Source: Mustelus asterias
Taxonomy: Eukaryota
Assembly (NCBI RefSeq): GCF_964213995.1
Contig: NC_135814.1
Location: 49,662,001 to 49,726,000, forward strand
Length of the DNA: 64,000 nt
Direction: 5' to 3'
In this document: positions 62,173 to 64,000 of the stretch, piece after piece
How positions within the stretch are numbered: position 1 is the stretch's first letter
Layout: each line of letters opens with the position of its first letter
Position numbers and translations under genes: made by a program
The notes under the pieces: generated by a model
What the model saw: only the letters and a program-made list of their open reading frames with translations
Told to the model about the DNA's origin: nothing
Databases searched by the model: none

Positions 62173-62649
62173 TCAGCTGCATCATGCATGGAGTCACAAC
62201 GTCATGAGGCAGAATAGAAACAGGGAAAGAAAGAAAAGAGAGCAAATCCAGCACACTATCCCACCGTATCCCACTATCGCATGTGATGTCCTGTCCTGTG
62301 TACCCAAAGATCTGTGGGTTGAGAATCTGCCTGTTCAGTTACATAAAGACACACAGTCGAAACTTGCAACCTTGAATAGACATCACCCCCAAATCAATGG
62401 ACAGCTGCTACCAATGACATTTAAGGGAAATATTCCCTTCTGATCTAAAAATTAATGGGATCTACCCTGACTCATAGGTCCAGAGTGAGACAATTGACCT
62501 TTACTGTATAGGAAAATCTCTGTTATCTGGCATGTTCAGGGAATGGGAGGCGATGGTTATTTATTTATAATAAAGGTACAAAATCAGAATGTGTCACGGC
62601 TTTAAATAAGATAAGACCCTTGCTACCCTTCTTATAATTAAATACATCT

Positions 62650-62925
62650 CAATCCCAGAACATCACTGTAGGAGTTCCTCAGGATCATGTCCGAGGCCCA
62701 ACCATCTTCAGCCGCTCTATCTTCCCTCCATCATAAAGTCAGGTATGTAAATGTGCAGTCATCAGTGAACGATGTTCAGCACCATTCGTGACTCCTCAGA
62801 CATTGGAGCAGTTCGCGTCCGTATGCAGCAAGACCTGGACAACATTTGGGCTGAGAGATGGCAGGTGACATTCACGCCACACAAATGCCAGGCAATGATC
62901 ATCTCCAACAAGAAATAATCTAACC
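62650..62925 (+). mobile_element. RT fragment of the second LINE family
   Basis: GGAGTTCCTCAGGA...GGCCCAACCATCTTCAGC...CAGCAAGACCTGGACAAC...TGGCAGGTGACATTCACGCCACACAAATGCCAG parallels 58320-58525. Confidence 0.8.
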
Positions 62926-63420
62926 CACTGATTCCCAAAAAATGGATCACGATCCCATCAGGAAGGGGGTCGCGAGAAATAAAATCACGTTAATCTCTGA
63001 AGCTCAGGCAGTCGACTGCGACACCTCCAGGCAGCACCATGGTAACATGAAACCAGCGGCCTATTTGAACAGACTTCGGATCAGATCAATTTGTGGCAAA
63101 AAGTAAAAACTGTCCAACTACAAGATGGGAGAGAGAGGCGAGTTGGAAGAATGTGTTGTGGCCAAAGATAAAATGATATTTTGGCGGCATTTCAGCTGGA
63201 GTAGATGAACAAACTGGCGCTGGAGCCTGACCTTCCCTGTAAGGTTCACATTGAAAAGAAGCGAGGAAACCTCGATGTCACTGAAGCTTCATATTCAAAA
63301 TGTTTATTTCTATTTGAGACTACTTAAAGATTGCAACAATCTCAAGACGCTTGTGTAATCAAGAGGAAAATCATTTGTCCTTCCAATCTGTTTACTGACT
63401 CGAAGTCATGTTGATTGCAC
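62926..63420 (+). mobile_element. hAT (Charlie-like) remnant
   Basis: The left end CACTGATTCCCAAA...GATCACGATCCC...GGGGTCGCG resembles CAGTGGTTCCCAAA TIRs. MNKLALEPDL at ~63205 resembles the RN.L..E.DLR C-terminal motif. Confidence 0.4.
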
Positions 63421-63619
63421 TGGCTGTAGCAGTTATCACCATATGTATGTGTTCAGTAATACCCCAACAGTACAAGTAAGCAAGCCAAAATAAAGGGGGC
63501 GATTCTCCGGCCCCACGCGTACAGGCGCAAATCCCAGTCAGGCCATGAACCAGATAAGCATATTTAAATCCGAATGTAAATATGCATCTTCAGTTTTAAG
63601 CCGGATTCTCCGGGTAACT

Positions 63620-64000
63620 CACCTCCTGACTCCCCAAAGCCCTCCACCATCTACAAGGAACAAGTCAGGGCTGTGATGGAATACTCCCCACTTGCCTGGA
63701 TGAGTGCAGCTCAATAACACTCAAGAAGCTGACTGTGTGGAGTTTGCACATTCTCCCCGCGTCTGCGTGGGCTTCCTCCGGGTGCTCTGGTTTCCCCCCA
63801 CAGTCCAAAGATGCGCTTGTTAGGTGCATTGGTCATGCTAAATTGCCCCTTAGTGTCAGGGGACAAGTAGGGTAAATATGTGATGTTACAGGGATAGGGC
63901 CTGGGTGGGATTGTTTTTGGTGCAGGCTCGATGGGCCAAATAGTCTCCTTCTGCACTGTAGGGATTCTGTAGGGATTCTAAGCTGGACATTATCCAAGAG
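63620..64000 (+). mobile_element. Second-family LINE fragment carrying a nested 5'-truncated HE1 SINE (63732-63979)
   Basis: LSTIYKEQVRAVMEYSPLAWMSAA...LKKL, then the SINE, then LDIIQ. The direct repeat AAGCTG lies at 63726-63731 and 63980-63985. Confidence 0.85.

Larger units (their letters stand above)
60700..62410 (+). mobile_element. Old RTE-clade LINE 3' fragment, split by a MITE and a CR1
   Basis: WTGH, then the MITE, then VRMAKKHLP.QLLFSQ..HRSRGGQRKCFKD (~60860-60955). After the CR1 comes a C-terminal zinc-finger relic CPVYPKICGLRICLFSYIKTH (~62292-62354). Confidence 0.7.

Noticed and set aside
1603-63956. Recurrent short ORFs such as MVSTAASQRQGPGF..., CGRKPEHLEETHADT... and LCGVCTFSPCLRGFPPGAPVSSHSPK
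   Set aside because: These are translations of V-SINE copies in various frames, not a protein family.
6534-64000. FMNL exon 1 (MGNA...LEERF..VL) within the window
   Set aside because: No such peptide or non-TE CpG island was seen, so exon 1 presumably lies beyond position 64000.

Overview
Eukaryotic, repeat-rich genomic DNA from a cartilaginous fish, almost certainly a shark (HE1/V-SINEs, HER1-like CR1 LINEs, a SacSINE1-like DeuSINE). The only host coding sequence I can support is one 84-nt exon on the minus strand (6450-6533, [28 protein letters not shown]) of a formin-like gene, most similar to FMNL2 exon 2. Positions 6534-64000 are therefore probably part of a very large first intron and 1-6449 part of intron 2. 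Everything else recognisable is a layered transposon landscape: CR1, L2, RTE and Rex1 LINE fragments, about 19 V-SINE copies with two different 3' tails, other tRNA-SINEs, and three Penelope-like insertions with target-site duplications (TSDs) and minimal hammerhead ribozyme motifs. There is also a PIF/Harbinger transposase fossil split by a probable solo LTR, long and short Harbinger-type non-autonomous elements, and hAT remnants. The most interesting observations are (i) a 226-bp Penelope-derived fold-back mini-element with a hammerhead motif on each arm next to the exon, plus an apparently intact sense-strand hammerhead 1.6 kb away; (ii) a V-SINE subfamily whose tail resembles the Rex1 3' end rather than the CR1 3' end; (iii) a SINE with a six-fold multiplied A-box; and (iv) several perfect hairpins and a locally templated insertion. 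Nearly all ORFs in the supplied track are spurious or TE-derived. All family assignments come from motif recognition by eye, not database searches, and boundaries of degraded repeats are approximate.
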